DNA of 64,000 nucleotides from Octopus vulgaris. Its lineage: Eukaryota. The stretch is from the NCBI GenBank assembly GCA_951406725.2, contig OX597834.1:4588001-4652000 (forward strand), in the 5' to 3' direction. The notes below the pieces were generated by a model. That model saw only the letters and a program-made list of their open reading frames with translations. It was not told the origin of the DNA and made no database searches. Numbering within the stretch: position 1 is the stretch's first letter; each line of letters starts with the position of its first letter. Of the stretch, positions 41,431 to 54,250 are shown piece by piece. Position numbers and translations under genes: made by a program.

Positions 41431-41915
41431 TCCTTCTTTCATAATTCTTTACATAATTCCTCATCTCTTAAATATAGAACTGCATTATTTTCCTGAACTC
41501 ACAATTCTAACATGCATTATATTACAACTTAAATAATGAAAAACAACTGCGGGGTGGGGGAGGGGAGAATTCTGGCAACTAAACGTCAAGTGCTACAAAC
41601 TAAGAATGATTAATACTAATTCCACATTAACTGGATCTGTCAAAATTGGAAAGTATTACAATTTGAAGAATTTGTAGAATTCATAGAGAAATGGTTACGC
41701 GTACATAATAAAATATTCATCGTAATTACGATTATCAGAAATACAATTAGAATTCATGGAAATTGTAATGAAATAACAGCTAAAAGGATACTTTAAATTC
41801 GATATTTATGTACGTAGCAGTATATTTATGCATGGCACTATTTCTCCAAATATCTAATTACGTGTTTCCGCATGTAAATTCACGCACACACATGTGTGTG
41901 CATTTATAAACATAT

Positions 41916-42017
<102 letters not shown>

Positions 42018-42048
42018 CATGCATATATATATGTATGTATATATATAT

Positions 42049-42108
<60 letters not shown>

Positions 42109-42393
42109 GTATGTAATGTAATCAGACACATGCATATATATATATATAAATATATGTGTACACACTCACATACATTCATACATAAATACACATACACGCG
42201 CACACATGCGTACGAATTGGTTCTGAACAGATTTTGATGTACCAAATCCGCTTATAGCATATAAGACATTCAAAGGTAATATTTCCTCAGCGTATCTTGC
42301 GGTAGGTTCGAATCTGGAAGAATAAAGTTTGGAGTGAGAGTCTTAAGAATGCAGCCTATAATAAATTTCACACATAATGTTTCATATTAGCAG

Positions 42394-42440
<47 letters not shown>

Positions 42441-43080
42441 CACACATTAACGTTACAGGAATCTTGCGTACTCGAAAATCTTGCTGTGCTAAGTAATTCA
42501 ATTTTTCCATTAGCTTCCGTGTTCGTTAACTTCTTTGTTGCATGGAAGTGGATGAGTGATGTATTTCTTAATCATAATTCAGAGTTAAAGAAATATTGCC
42601 TTTATATAACTTTTACTTATTTCAGTCATTGGACAGCGGCCATATTAGGGCAACACAAAAAACTTTAGTCGAGTGAATTGACCCCAGTACTTATTCTGTC
42701 GGTGTCTTTTGCTGAACCGCTGCGTTACGGGACGTGTACTCAACAACACCGGTTGTTACCGTTTCGTAAACGTCTTCGTGTAGCATTAATTTCAGTATAC
42801 ATGAAATTATGAATACATGTTTGCATTAATGCGTGTTCAACATTATACAATATAATTGTATATTTGCAAATTAATGCAAATAAAGAAAGCTAGCGCATCA
42901 GATTGTTAGAAAATCGTGGTTACATCAAAAAATAAAACCCGGCGTTGAAATGCTGATGCATCCACGATGGTCTGGTGATCTGAAGAGCCAGCTTTCTTTA
43001 TTTGCATTATTTCGTGAGATTAAAATTGTACCGTATGATGCTGAGCACACATTAATGCATGTACTCTTTTTTTTTTTTTT

Positions 43081-43445
43081 TACTCTTTTTACTTGTTTCA
43101 GTCATTTGACTGCGGCCATGCTGGAGCACCGCCTTTAGTCGAGCAAATCGACCCCGGGACTTTTTCTTTGTAAGCCCAGTACTTATTCTATCGGTCTCTT
43201 TTGCCGAACTGCTAGCAATGCCAGGGGAACAAACACAGACACACAAACATATTCACACACACTTATATATATATACATATTTACTACAGGCTTCTTTCAG
43301 TTTCCGTCTACCAAATCCACTCACAAGGCATTGGTCGGCCCGGGGCTATAGCAGAAGACACTTGCCCAAGATGCCACGCAGTGGGACTGAACCCGGAACC
43401 ATGTGGTTGGTTAGCAAGCTACTTACCAAACAGCCACTCCTGCGC
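43081..43445 (-). mobile_element. SINE family B
   Basis: Reverse complement with a small internal deletion. Confidence 0.9.
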
Positions 43446-43579
43446 CATGTGTTCGTATATGCTGTCGAAATTTTTCTTTCCGATCACGTTTTTTTAACAC
43501 TGCTGTGATCTCAATTTCCTAAACGAACCGAGTTTATGAAACAAGCCCTCTTACCGAGTGGGCAGGCTTTAGGGAGTCG

Positions 43580-43872
43580 TGAGTTACACTGCTGGTTGTA
43601 TACAAAGGCAGTTTAAAAAAGACAATATGCAAACTATCACATCCAACACATCGACAAAGATAAACCCACTAAGTCGACTAGTCATGTATGGGATGCGAAG
43701 TGGTGTGGAATATCGAGGAGATATCTCTGTCATATGTAAATGGATTAAATGGATGCAAGCTATATGCAGCGGTATATCATTTTAGATCCAAGAATCCCAC
43801 TACACGACTCAATTCCAGATCTGAAATTTTTAGCAATTGCAAGCGAATTGACAAATTTCTTCTGTTGAGTTG
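43580..43872 (+). pseudogene. Decayed PLE GIY-YIG endonuclease C-terminus
   Basis: HVWD..WNIEEISLSYVNGLNGCKL..RLNSRSEIFSNCKRIDKFLL matches the PLE pattern WSI....Y.NG...C.LC..LN.RSE....CRH..KFLL. Confidence 0.7.
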
Positions 43873-44379
43873 GATGATACCATTCTTCGGATTGAGCAGC
43901 TGTCTTGCAAACTTTGGCCTCCGTCTCGTTGAATTATACTGCACCAGCTAGTTTAATTACAATTTCGATGGACAAAGTGGATTGGAATCCTAGTTTCCTT
44001 TCTTTCCTTTTTATATTTTTCCGTTTTTATTCAGAATTTGTTGTCTTGTTTCATATTTCTTGCTTCATATTCGCATCTGTTTTGTTCACTTCCCTCGCTT
44101 TCAGTCTCTGCCAATGTGGCAAATTACATAAAGAACCACCCTTCATCAGTTGTTGGCTGTTTTCTAGTCTCGTATTTCGATCATTTAACATGTACACCAC
44201 GCACCCTCTTTCAAGTAAGCTTTATCTTAATAATTCTAATGCACACATTATACGATCTTTTTATTCTTTCGTTTTTCTCTCTCTTATTCTTTTACCTCCT
44301 CTTCTCCCACTGTTTTATCCTATTACTCTGTCACTTTCTCTCCCTCACTCCTCCTACGTGCCCATCAGCCATCTTCCCC

Positions 44380-44430
<51 letters not shown>

Positions 44431-46810
44431 CTCTATCTCTCCGTTGTAGCTGGAACAAGGAAGACGTGTTCTTGTTTGTCTCCTGCCTAGCTTGATTTAC
44501 GCGTTCGCCACCACAACCTCGTTTAGGCTTAGTAACTCTTCTTGCTTGTCTTCACTGTCCTGTTTGTGTTACCAATTTTGACCCTCTGCAAAATCACAAA
44601 ATTTTATTTAATTTGCTTTGCGGGAGCAACAGTTTTATCAAAAGCGTATATAGTTTTAAATGCTCGAAGTACGAGACTAGGAAAACTGCCAACAACTGAT
44701 GAAGGGTCGTTGTTTATGCTGTTTGTTTTGTTTTCCATTTGTGTCTTCCGTTGTTCGAAAGAATATTTCATGTTCCATGTACTCGTACTTCGTACTTTTC
44801 CGTTGTTTGAAAGAAAATAGCACTTGTGTATACAAATGCTTTTTTTATGCGCCAGCAGTAAATGTTGGAGTACGCGTGATTATTGGAATGTCATGGTTTA
44901 GGTAAGAGAGGAGGTTGTATATAATTAGAAAGCGGTTGTTGAAAAGTAGGTTAAGAATTGATGCCGGGTAGTTTGAAGGATCCAAAAAGGAAAAGATTTA
45001 GGGAAACGGCCGAGAGAAACTGTGAAATAATTTAAGGCATCCTTATGCTTACACCTACTTGAAATATTTTAATAGCAGAAAACAAGCTAAGTTGTCAATA
45101 TTGCTTAACCGAACTTCAATTTAAAAAAAAAATGATAATCTTTGCAATTGAGTGGATAAAGCGAAATATTTGCAATGTAATTTCCAAGAGATATTTCCGG
45201 CATAGAGAGTTGTAAAGGAGAAGTTTCTGGCACTAGCACATTGCTGGTTTTACTTTTGGATTTTGTTTTTCGTGTTCTTTATATATTTTCCTTCTCTTTG
45301 TCGCGTTGTGACTGTTCATCATACACAGGTTTATGAATGAAGAGCGTTTTCTTATAGGCTTTTCAAACTAAAGTTATTACCTTACAGTATAGATTCATTC
45401 AATCGTTTTCTCAATTTCTCATCACATTAACGTTTTCTTTAACACATATTGTTGTATTTTGTGGTATTTTTACAAGGGAATTGCATTTTATGAAGATCCT
45501 AAAATGCTGCAATTATCATAATTGAATTACGCTTTAATTTATTTATTTTAATTTAATATATTTGCCTTACAGCTAGTTTGTTTTATCTTTGCATATCTAG
45601 ATGAATTATCATCGCATATCTCATCGTGGCATACATATGCAATCAAATATATTTCATGCATTTGAATTTATCTTCACACATGCATCAAATCAACGATTTC
45701 TTCTTTATCTTCGTCATCTCAGTATTCGTAATAAGGACTTCCTGTTGCATAACTGATATATCTTTACAAGATACATCATTTAAATGTAAAACTCAAACTA
45801 CGTGAAAGTTGTGTCAATGTGCACTTTTGCATATCTATATATATCTATCTATCTATATATATATATATATCCATACACGCATACATACATACATACATAT
45901 ATACATACATATATACATACATACATACATACATGCATACATACACACACACATATATGTATGCATGTATGTGTATGTGTCTGTACGTATGTATGTATGT
46001 ATACATGTATGTATGTATGTGTGTATGTATGTTTGTATGTATGTATGTATGTATGCATCTATATATGTAAGTATGTATGTGTGTATGTATGTATGTTTGT
46101 ATGTATGTATGTATGTATGTGTGTGTGTATGTATGTATGTATGTGTACATGTATGTAAGTATGTATGTATGTATGTATGTATATATATATAGGCTTTTAC
46201 GCCATGCGTTATGAATTATTAATGATAGATAAATCTCCAGTTGAACATCTAAATACACTCATGATCAAATTTCTCAATACTTTTAAAATTACATTCGAAA
46301 ATCAAATTTTATTTCTTACTCTAAAGATCGTAACTTCTAATATCGTAATTGTAGCTACGTTTCTTAGTTGTGGTCCCTATATCTGTGAATGGTTTGCGTT
46401 CATTTTCCCCTGTAATTCGCTAGTTCTCAACCGGGATGCATATGACCCTAGGGGATCCTTATAAGACTTCGTTGTTAAAATTTATGTCCAATAAATTGGT
46501 TATTCTTGTACAACACATCAAATATTTTAACCAAGGGTTCCTAATAATATATATATATATATATATGCGCGCAAAATAACAGAAAGCAAAATATGAAGAC
46601 AGGTGAGGGAAAAACAGGGAGGTGTATTAGTTTGACCTCAGGAAGAATGGAAAAGTCATTGACGTTTCGAACTTACGCTCTTCGACACAAAAGACTGAGA
46701 GGGAACGAGAGAGAACGAAGACAGAAAAAGGGTATGGATTAACGTTTCAACCTGATATATAATATTTATACACACATCACACACACAAACACACACAAAC
46801 ATGTCTATGT

Positions 46811-46970
46811 GGCGCAGGTGTAGCTGTGTGGTGTAGCATGCGTGGTTTTGTGCTAAGAAACATGCTTCCCAACCACATGATTCCGGGTTCAGTCCCACTG
46901 CATTACAACTTAGGTAAATGTCTTCTACTAAAGCCTTGTGAGTCGATTTGGTAGACGGAAGAAACTCGTC

Positions 46971-47055
<85 letters not shown>

Positions 47056-47300
47056 TGTATGTATATTTTTATGCTTGTATAACTTTGTGTCTATGTTTGT
47101 CCCCCTACCATCACTCTACAAACGATGTTGGTACTTTTACGTCCCCGTAAATTAGCGGTTCGGTAAAAGTGATCGATAGAATAAGTACTAGGCTCACAGA
47201 GAATAAGTCCTGGGGTCGATTTCTTCGACGAAAATACCCTTTAAGCGGTGCTCCAGGATGACCTCAATCACATGACTGAAACAAGTAAAATAATAAAATA
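46811..47300 (+). mobile_element. SINE family B (diverged)
   Basis: Head, internal microsatellite and tail are recognisable. Confidence 0.85.
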
Positions 47301-48524
47301 ATAGAAGAATGTAGGAATACACGGTGAAGTAAAGGAATAGAAATCATTCAGTGTCATTTCGACTTTGCATAATTCCGTCTTAACAGCAGCTATAAATCCC
47401 TCTTGTATTGATAACCTTGGCGTCAGTGTGTCAGAAGTTGGCGCTTCACTCTACTGAACATGCGCTCCTTAGCGAATATTTGAGCAACCGTCAATGCAAT
47501 AATTCATTTTTACCTTATGGCGTAATGTATTGGGATGTGTATGAATAATTGCTCTTTGAAAAATGCATATAGTTAAATATTTGAATTTAAAATTTAATCT
47601 TAATTATATATTTATTTTATACGCCCGTCAAATTCTATAGTGAATTATAAAGAAATAGGAAAGGAAATCGAAAAAAAAAAAAAAACGGAGGAAAGCCAAA
47701 ACAGAATATAAAGTAATACCTATGCAATTATAGTATTTGAATATATGTATAAAAATATCAAAGCGAGCCGTCAAGTTTTTGACATGTTGTCATTTATTAT
47801 GAGAAGAAGAAAGAGATTTACAAAGAATAATATTTTGAATGAAAATTATTTCCTGTCAAGTTTTTCTGAGTCACAGTCGTGGCTGAGTGGTAAGACGACT
47901 ACTTCTAAATAACATGAGACCGTGGATCCGACTCGGGGTTGGTTCTAAACCCCGAGTCGAATCCACGGTTTAAACTGGATTTGCTACAGATTACAGTATG
48001 CTACCAACACATTACGCCTTCATGGTTGTTTTGCCTCATTGTGTACTTTATGTTATTGCACCTAGACATTTCTAGCGTCCTACGTGTTGATGCGCCTAGG
48101 TTCCAATGAATTCTATAACTAAGCTATCTACCTATCTATCTTATAATAATTCTGCTTGTCATTCCATTACTTAGCCCGTCGGTAACGCTTTCACGTAATT
48201 AGAGAAAAAAGGAGAAAGAAAAAAGGGAGAGAAAACAGTGGGAGAGAAAACAGAGGGAGAGAGAAGCGCGCATGACGTGAGATAGGAGGAACGTAATATT
48301 AATTAGGTCGTTAAAAAGGTTAATTGAAGTTAGTGATGATATAGAGGAGGGCAGTTAGGAGTATAAATTTAGCAGAGGGTTGATGTCTGATGATGTATAA
48401 ATATCGTTCAGGTTTATACCTCGTTCAGAGACTTATTATTGCTTGTTTTACACTTTTTCGAGATCAGTGACTTTTCGTCACTGGAAAAAGGATATATGTA
48501 TTGGGGTCCCTTCGCATCGAAGAC

Positions 48525-48750
48525 CAGTGATTGTCGTGCGCTGACGACGGGTAAATACCCAGAAACCCGAGTCCGTGCGTATCACGTCAGGTCGACGATG
48601 GGAAGGATGGCTTCCCTTTGCAAATACTGATAGGGCACAGAAAATGTGTCAATAGCCAGCTGGAGAAGATGTTCTCCTGGGGCTACAAGCTACAGTAGCA
48701 TCCACCCTTAGTGGCTAGCCACATTTTAGTGGCAAATATACTTCACTTAT
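48525..48750 (+). mobile_element. PLE-pLTR-like fragment with a minimal hammerhead (48527-48585)
   Basis: CGTGCG CTGACGA CGGGT aaat ACCCA GAAAC CCGA GTC CGTGCG; same family as 3497-3765. Confidence 0.75.
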
Positions 48751-48757
48751 ATATATA

Positions 48758-49284
48758 TAAATTTAGCAGAAAATGTAAAAATCTTGATCAACGACAATTA
48801 ACTACCATCGATTATTGTTTTTTAATACAAGACCTTATCCCATCTAACAGCCGTTTCTGCTCTCAATGTCCTACAGTGTTGGCAATGAAAATTTTGAGAA
48901 TAGTATTCGTTATATTTTGTAACACATTCGATCTGGAACATGGAGCTTCATCAGAGTTAAGAAAGATTCACAAAACAAAAGAAAAGGCAATCGGAAGATC
49001 CCCGAGAAGAGATATGAGCGCTTAATATATTTAAATCATACCATTTTGCAGTGTAACGCTTCAGGCTGTTGTGTATTTATGCAAATATTAGTGCCCTGTT
49101 CCCTAAAACACGCTAATTAACATACATATGTTAATTTTCTTGTAGTTGTTCTCCGCTTTTAACAATTTTTAACAACTGGAAGCAGAAACGGCTGTTAGAT
49201 GGTATAAAGTTTTGTATTAAAGAATAATAATCGATGGTAGTCAATTGTTGTTGATCAAGACTTCTTAATTTTCTGCTTAATTTA
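48758..49284. repeat. Diverged ~108-bp inverted repeat pair
   Basis: 48758-48866 vs 49176-49284; includes GAAA CGGCTG TT AGATGG (hammerhead 3'-half-like). Confidence 0.7.
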
Positions 49285-49645
49285 AATTTGATTCCTGATA
49301 AACTTTTGTTTATCTTTGTTATTGTCTGTATCCTTTGAGCATAATATGCTTGCTTATGTATGCCCACGGTTAACATAGGTAATTTATACTGGTAGTAAAA
49401 CGGAAATTCTTATCCTTTAGACGGCTATTCCAACCGCTAACTCTGCTGATGATGTCTTGAGCTAACTGGATCCTATAAAGGAGCTGTTGTGGTAGCAGAC
49501 CACGAAACATGGTTGTAATTCCTCCTATATATTTATACGTGAACACACACACACACACACACACATATCAACGTATCTGGATGTATTTCTGTACATATTT
49601 GTATCATTTATCTTGACGTTTATCTCCCTCTTTTGGTGTACCTTT

Positions 49646-49699
<54 letters not shown>

Positions 49700-50156
49700 T
49701 TCTCCAGTCATCTGTTGCATATTTTTCTCTCCCCCTCCGATAAGGCATTTCAGCCATTTCTATATCCTTTGTGCTAATGTGGGAAGACTGTTTTTTGTTT
49801 TGTATTCTAGAAGAAACGAATAATGGATTTTGCTATTACTGAAGGGAAGGAAGAAGTGACACCTTATTTAAAAGCATCAAGATGGGTTATGTATTTACGG
49901 AAATGAAAGTGCTCTGCTCCCTAAAACATATTCTAATTAACATATCCACGCATAGCAATTGTAACAAAAAGTGTGTTACAATGAAATCTGGCAGTTTGCA
50001 CAAAAGGAAAAGAAAACACAATATTCCATTCATAAATAAAATTATTAATAAAAAAACATCAACAAATATTAGAAATATTGAATTTCTAAATGTCTCAGAG
50101 ACATACAACCACTCCATCAACAAATATCAATCAAATTATGGATGAGAGATAAAAGT

Positions 50157-51180
50157 TCACTCAATGTAACCGCCTTCGACTTCCTCCACGGCCGGAAGAC
50201 GGTTCCGAAACCTGGTGCATGCATTCCTCATTTTGCTTATAGGAGGATTGCCAAACATCTTGATCTCGGCCAGTAGCTTGGCAGAGCGTTGGGAGACTTT
50301 CTCAACTACCCGTCCCCCACCACGCATAGTAATCCATGGGATTACAATCACGGGAATTAAAAGGCCAGAAATTGGGGCTGGTTAAGTCGAAGAAATTCGC
50401 GGTCAATCACTTATGACTCGGAGGCAAGACAAGGAGCTAAATCCTGTTGACATAGATACGGCCTTCCAGCATCTACCGTCTCTTGACTCCAGCAGCTTCA
50501 CATAGCCATCGGAATTGAGCCTAAGGCTCTGTTCAAAGATGTGAGAATGCTCTTCCGCATCTGGATACAACCAGTACGCCTATTTCTTTACTGCCCACAA
50601 GGGGCTAAACACAGAGAGGACAAACAAGGACAAACAAACGGATTAAGTCGATTATATCGACCCCAGTGCCTAACTGGTACTTATTTAATCGACCCCGAAA
50701 GGATGAAAGGAAAAGTCGACCTCGGCGGAATTTGAACCCAGACCGTAGCGGCAGACGAAATACCTATTTCTTTACTACTCACAAGGGGCTAAACACAGAG
50801 TGGACAAACAAGGAGAGACAGACGGATTAAGTCGATTATATCGACCCCAGTGCGTAACTAGTACTTATTTAATCGACCCCGAAAGGATGAAAGGCAAGGT
50901 CGACCTCGGCGGAATTTGAACTCAGACCGTGGTGGCAGACGAAATACCGCTAAGCACTTCGCCCGGCGTGTTAACGTTTCTGCCAGCTCGTCGTCTTTAC
51001 GCCTGCTGTCCCTTGCTGCTGACCATGGTTTCATAGTCTCCTTTGCAGCTGTCTTTACAACATTTACATTGTTCATAGAGCATTGAGCAACAGTCATGAT
51101 ATTGGCATTTTGATCTCCGGCACGAATCATCATGATGCTGATACCCACTTCCAATATTCATTATGACCTTCAATCCTCCA
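50157..51180 (-). pseudogene. Decayed Tc1/mariner (maT-like) transposase, internally deleted and interrupted by a SINE
   Basis: HIFEQSLRLNSDGYVKLLE..GRPYLCQQDLAPC..FWPFNSRDCNPMDYYAW..RNACTRFRNRL..VEGGYIE; probable N-terminal piece at 51000-51154. Confidence 0.82.
50581..50996 (-). mobile_element. SINE family A dimer
   Basis: Two units joined at GAAATACCTATTTC; TSD-like TACGCC(T) on both sides. Confidence 0.9.
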
Positions 51181-52185
51181 TGTCAGCTAACTTTTGTAAA
51201 CTTTAATCTTAATGTTCCGCACTGCCGTTGATTATTCAGCAGTACATCAACCTGTTCCTGAAAAAGGGAGATATAAAAGTCACCAAATATAGCCCGAAAA
51301 ACCCGTATAAGTAAGCCTAATTTGCATATTCATATACGATACTTGCAAGCATCTACGCTTTTATTCAGCACATAAGCTGATAGTATCAAATATGGACTAA
51401 TTGTATCTTGTTATAGAATCGATCTTTCAGCGAATCGATACATAAATACTACATACAAAATGCTATTTACTGTAATCGCATTCTAAATAGTTCTAGAAAA
51501 TAGTGCATCTCAAATGAGTAGCCTCGTAATTTAAATATAACGGAAGCAACCCAACCCCAAATACTAGACATTAAACCGCTCGTTAAACATTTGTTTCACA
51601 TAATTTCATGGAAATTGGGGGTGACGAATGCGAATATAGAATTGTTATGCACATGTTCGTTGTTTGATCGTGGGAAAACTTCGTGGAAAGGCTAAACGTT
51701 AATTGTGTGTGATGAAGGAGAGAACAAGTTATGTTCGTGCTATCTTCACTATTATTTTCTATGTACCGTTTATTTTTCTCTGCAACCACTCTGTAATATC
51801 GCATGATGTTAGAGTGTCAGAGGGAATTCCAGAATTATGTTATGTGATAAACGACGTCTTATATGGTCAAGTGATGTAAGTGTATGTGTTTGGAGGGTTT
51901 ACCTAGCAACCAGGAAGCTGATTGGTTAAGAATAAGGTTTAGAAATTATGAAGTTACGAGACTTTAGAAAACTTCTAGATTAGTGCATGAGTATACAGGG
52001 AGAGCCTAGACTCCATATGCAGGCAAATAGCAAACAGAAGTCAGTGAGTGTGGAACAAATTAAAGAACTACATTCTACAAGATGTGCGTTTTGAAGACAC
52101 CTATCTATGCAGCTGAACTATAATATGAGTTTGAACTTCGATTGTAAGTTTGAAATATTGCCGCTATTATATTGATCACAAAAAA

Positions 52186-52406
52186 GGCGGCGAGCTGGCA
52201 GAAACGTTAGCACGCCGGGCGAAATGCGTAGCCGTATTTCGTCTGCCGTTACGTTCTGAGTTCAAATTCTGCAAAGGTCGACTTTGCCTTTCATCCTTTC
52301 GGGGTCGATAAATTAAGTACCAGTTACAATGTAATCGACTTAATCCTTTTGTCTGTCCCTGTTTGTCCCCTCTGTGTTTAGCCCCTTGAGGGTAGTTAAA
52401 GAAATA
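52186..52406 (+). mobile_element. SINE family A
   Basis: Full-length match. Confidence 0.9.
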
Positions 52407-52574
52407 TATATTGATCATAAAATGTAACAGGTGAAGACTAGTTTATAATTCTATTTCTTTTGCTCGATACACTTACAAGTAGTAATGGAGAAGGACAAGG
52501 CATCTATAGTTTTTGATATATTGTGAACAAACAGTAAACATTTCGTAGACAACTGAATAATTGGTATAAATATG

Positions 52575-52792
52575 CTGCGAGCTGGCAGAAACGTTAGCAC
52601 GCCAGGCGAAATGCATAGCCGTATTTCGTCTGCCGTTACGCTCTGAGTTCAAATTCTGCCGAGGTCGACTTTGCTTTACATCCTTTCGGGGTCGATAAAT
52701 TAAGTACCAGTTGCACACTGTGGTCGATGTAATTGACTTAATCCTTGTTTGTCCCCTCTGTGTTTAGCCTCTTGTAGGTAGTAAAGAAATCG
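52575..52792 (+). mobile_element. SINE family A
   Basis: Near full-length; GGTATAAATAT on both flanks is a candidate TSD. Confidence 0.88.
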
Positions 52793-53321
52793 GTATAAAT
52801 ATACTGGACAAGAATATGATCCATATTAGTTGATACTGAATAAAATACCTAACAAACAATAAAACCATTTGTCGCAAAACGCCGCTTCCCTTCTGCACCA
52901 ACACAGCGCCAACTGCAAATGTTAGCAGCAGGGAAACCACAGACCAGCCCAGAAAGCGAACTTGCCCAGGGAAGTCGTGCATAGATAGGTGTCTTCAAAA
53001 CACACATCTTGTGGAATGTAGTTCTTTAATTAGTTTCACACATCTTAAACAACTGTCATATAGAACCTTTGTATTCTGTTTGCGAGGAGAACCTCGGTCA
53101 AAAATACGTTGGAACTTCAATATTACATATTCGAGACTATCGTATGTGTAAGCCACATGCAACTCCTTTCCTCGGGTATTTTCTTTCATGCTTTATCACT
53201 GATATTTTTAATTATGTTCATTTTCTTTCCTCGCGTCATTTTTATATAAATGCTGATCAATTTGATGCCTAGCCAACTTAATACTTTTACTAACAGTTTT
53301 AAATGTGTAAAGTGTAACCTC

Positions 53322-53624
53322 TCGAAAGAGCTGTTCTTCACTCCTGCTCCAGAGCGTAGGCTGCGGGGTTACTCCAAAATGCTCTATCTGCGACGATTTC
53401 ATCTCAATCGAAGGAGAGGGGCTTTCTCCGTCCGGGTTGCGGATCCTTGGAATAAGCTGCCGGACGAGATAGTGAAGATGCCGACGACCGCTCGGTTCAA
53501 AGTCTCTCTTTACCAGAAATGGCCTGAACTCTTTGCGTGACCACCCCTGTACATAACTCCTTGTCCCCCTACATGGCCTTGCTTTATGCTTTTTGAGCCA
53601 AAAAATAAACTTAACTTAACTTAA
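53322..53624 (+). mobile_element. CR1-clade LINE 3' end with (AACTT)n tail
   Basis: LRGYSKML..RRGAFSVRVADPWNKLPDEIV..FKVSL is a typical CR1 ORF2 C-terminus. Confidence 0.85.
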
Positions 53625-54020
53625 GTAGTCGAGACATTATTAATCGAGTGGTTTGAGAGTTGTGGACGAATGAATCGACATCTTTAGTGTCTGTTAAAAA
53701 AACTATTCTGTTTAATACGACTAAAATTTGTAAGGATCTACGTCCAACTGAGAGTGCTCTCCAGAGATTCAGTCAGATTTGTGTGTATTATGTCGCTCGT
53801 TCGGATGCCTTCTACTCAACTCGACTCTACTCTGCTCTTTGTCGAGTCTTCTCTCCCGACGTCTAGACTTCTCCATCTATATCTACGTATTGGGCTAGTC
53901 TACTTCATCGTCTGGGAGCGTCCACACAACAGTGTACCACGGAAAAAATGCAAACAAACATTTAATTCATAAAAATAAGGCACTAGATATCTGAGCCCTT
54001 AAACAAACTATTTAATATAT

Positions 54021-54250
54021 GTTTCTTTATTACCCTAAAGGGGCTAAACATAGAGGGGACAAACAAGGACAGACAAACGGATTAAGTCGATTACATCGAC
54101 CCCAGGGCGTAACTGGTACTTAATTTATCGACTCCGAAAGGATGAAAGGCAAAGTCGACCTCGGCGGAATTTGAACCCAGAACGTAACGGCAGACGAAAT
54201 ACGGCTACGCATTTCACCCGGCGTGCTAACGTTTCTGCCAGCTCGCCGCC
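54021..54250 (-). mobile_element. SINE family A
   Basis: Full-length; TATTTAATATA on both flanks (TSD). Confidence 0.92.

Noticed and set aside
44139-44706. CTGATGA in a ~50-bp inverted repeat pair as hammerheads
   Set aside because: No convincing stem II/GAAA/stem I partner found; treated as PLE-flank inverted repeat only.
46421-46530. hAT-like MITE end (TAGTTCTCAACCGGG)
   Set aside because: Only one degenerate terminus visible.
48388-48440. CTGATGA followed by hairpin GTATAAAT/GTTTATAC
   Set aside because: No GAAA or cleavage triplet follows.
49446-49515. CTGATGA..GAAACATG fold as an intact ribozyme
   Set aside because: Stem I does not pair and the triplet is wrong; at best a truncated remnant.
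53729-53931. TG..CA-bounded solo LTR
   Set aside because: No target-site duplication and no second copy in the window.
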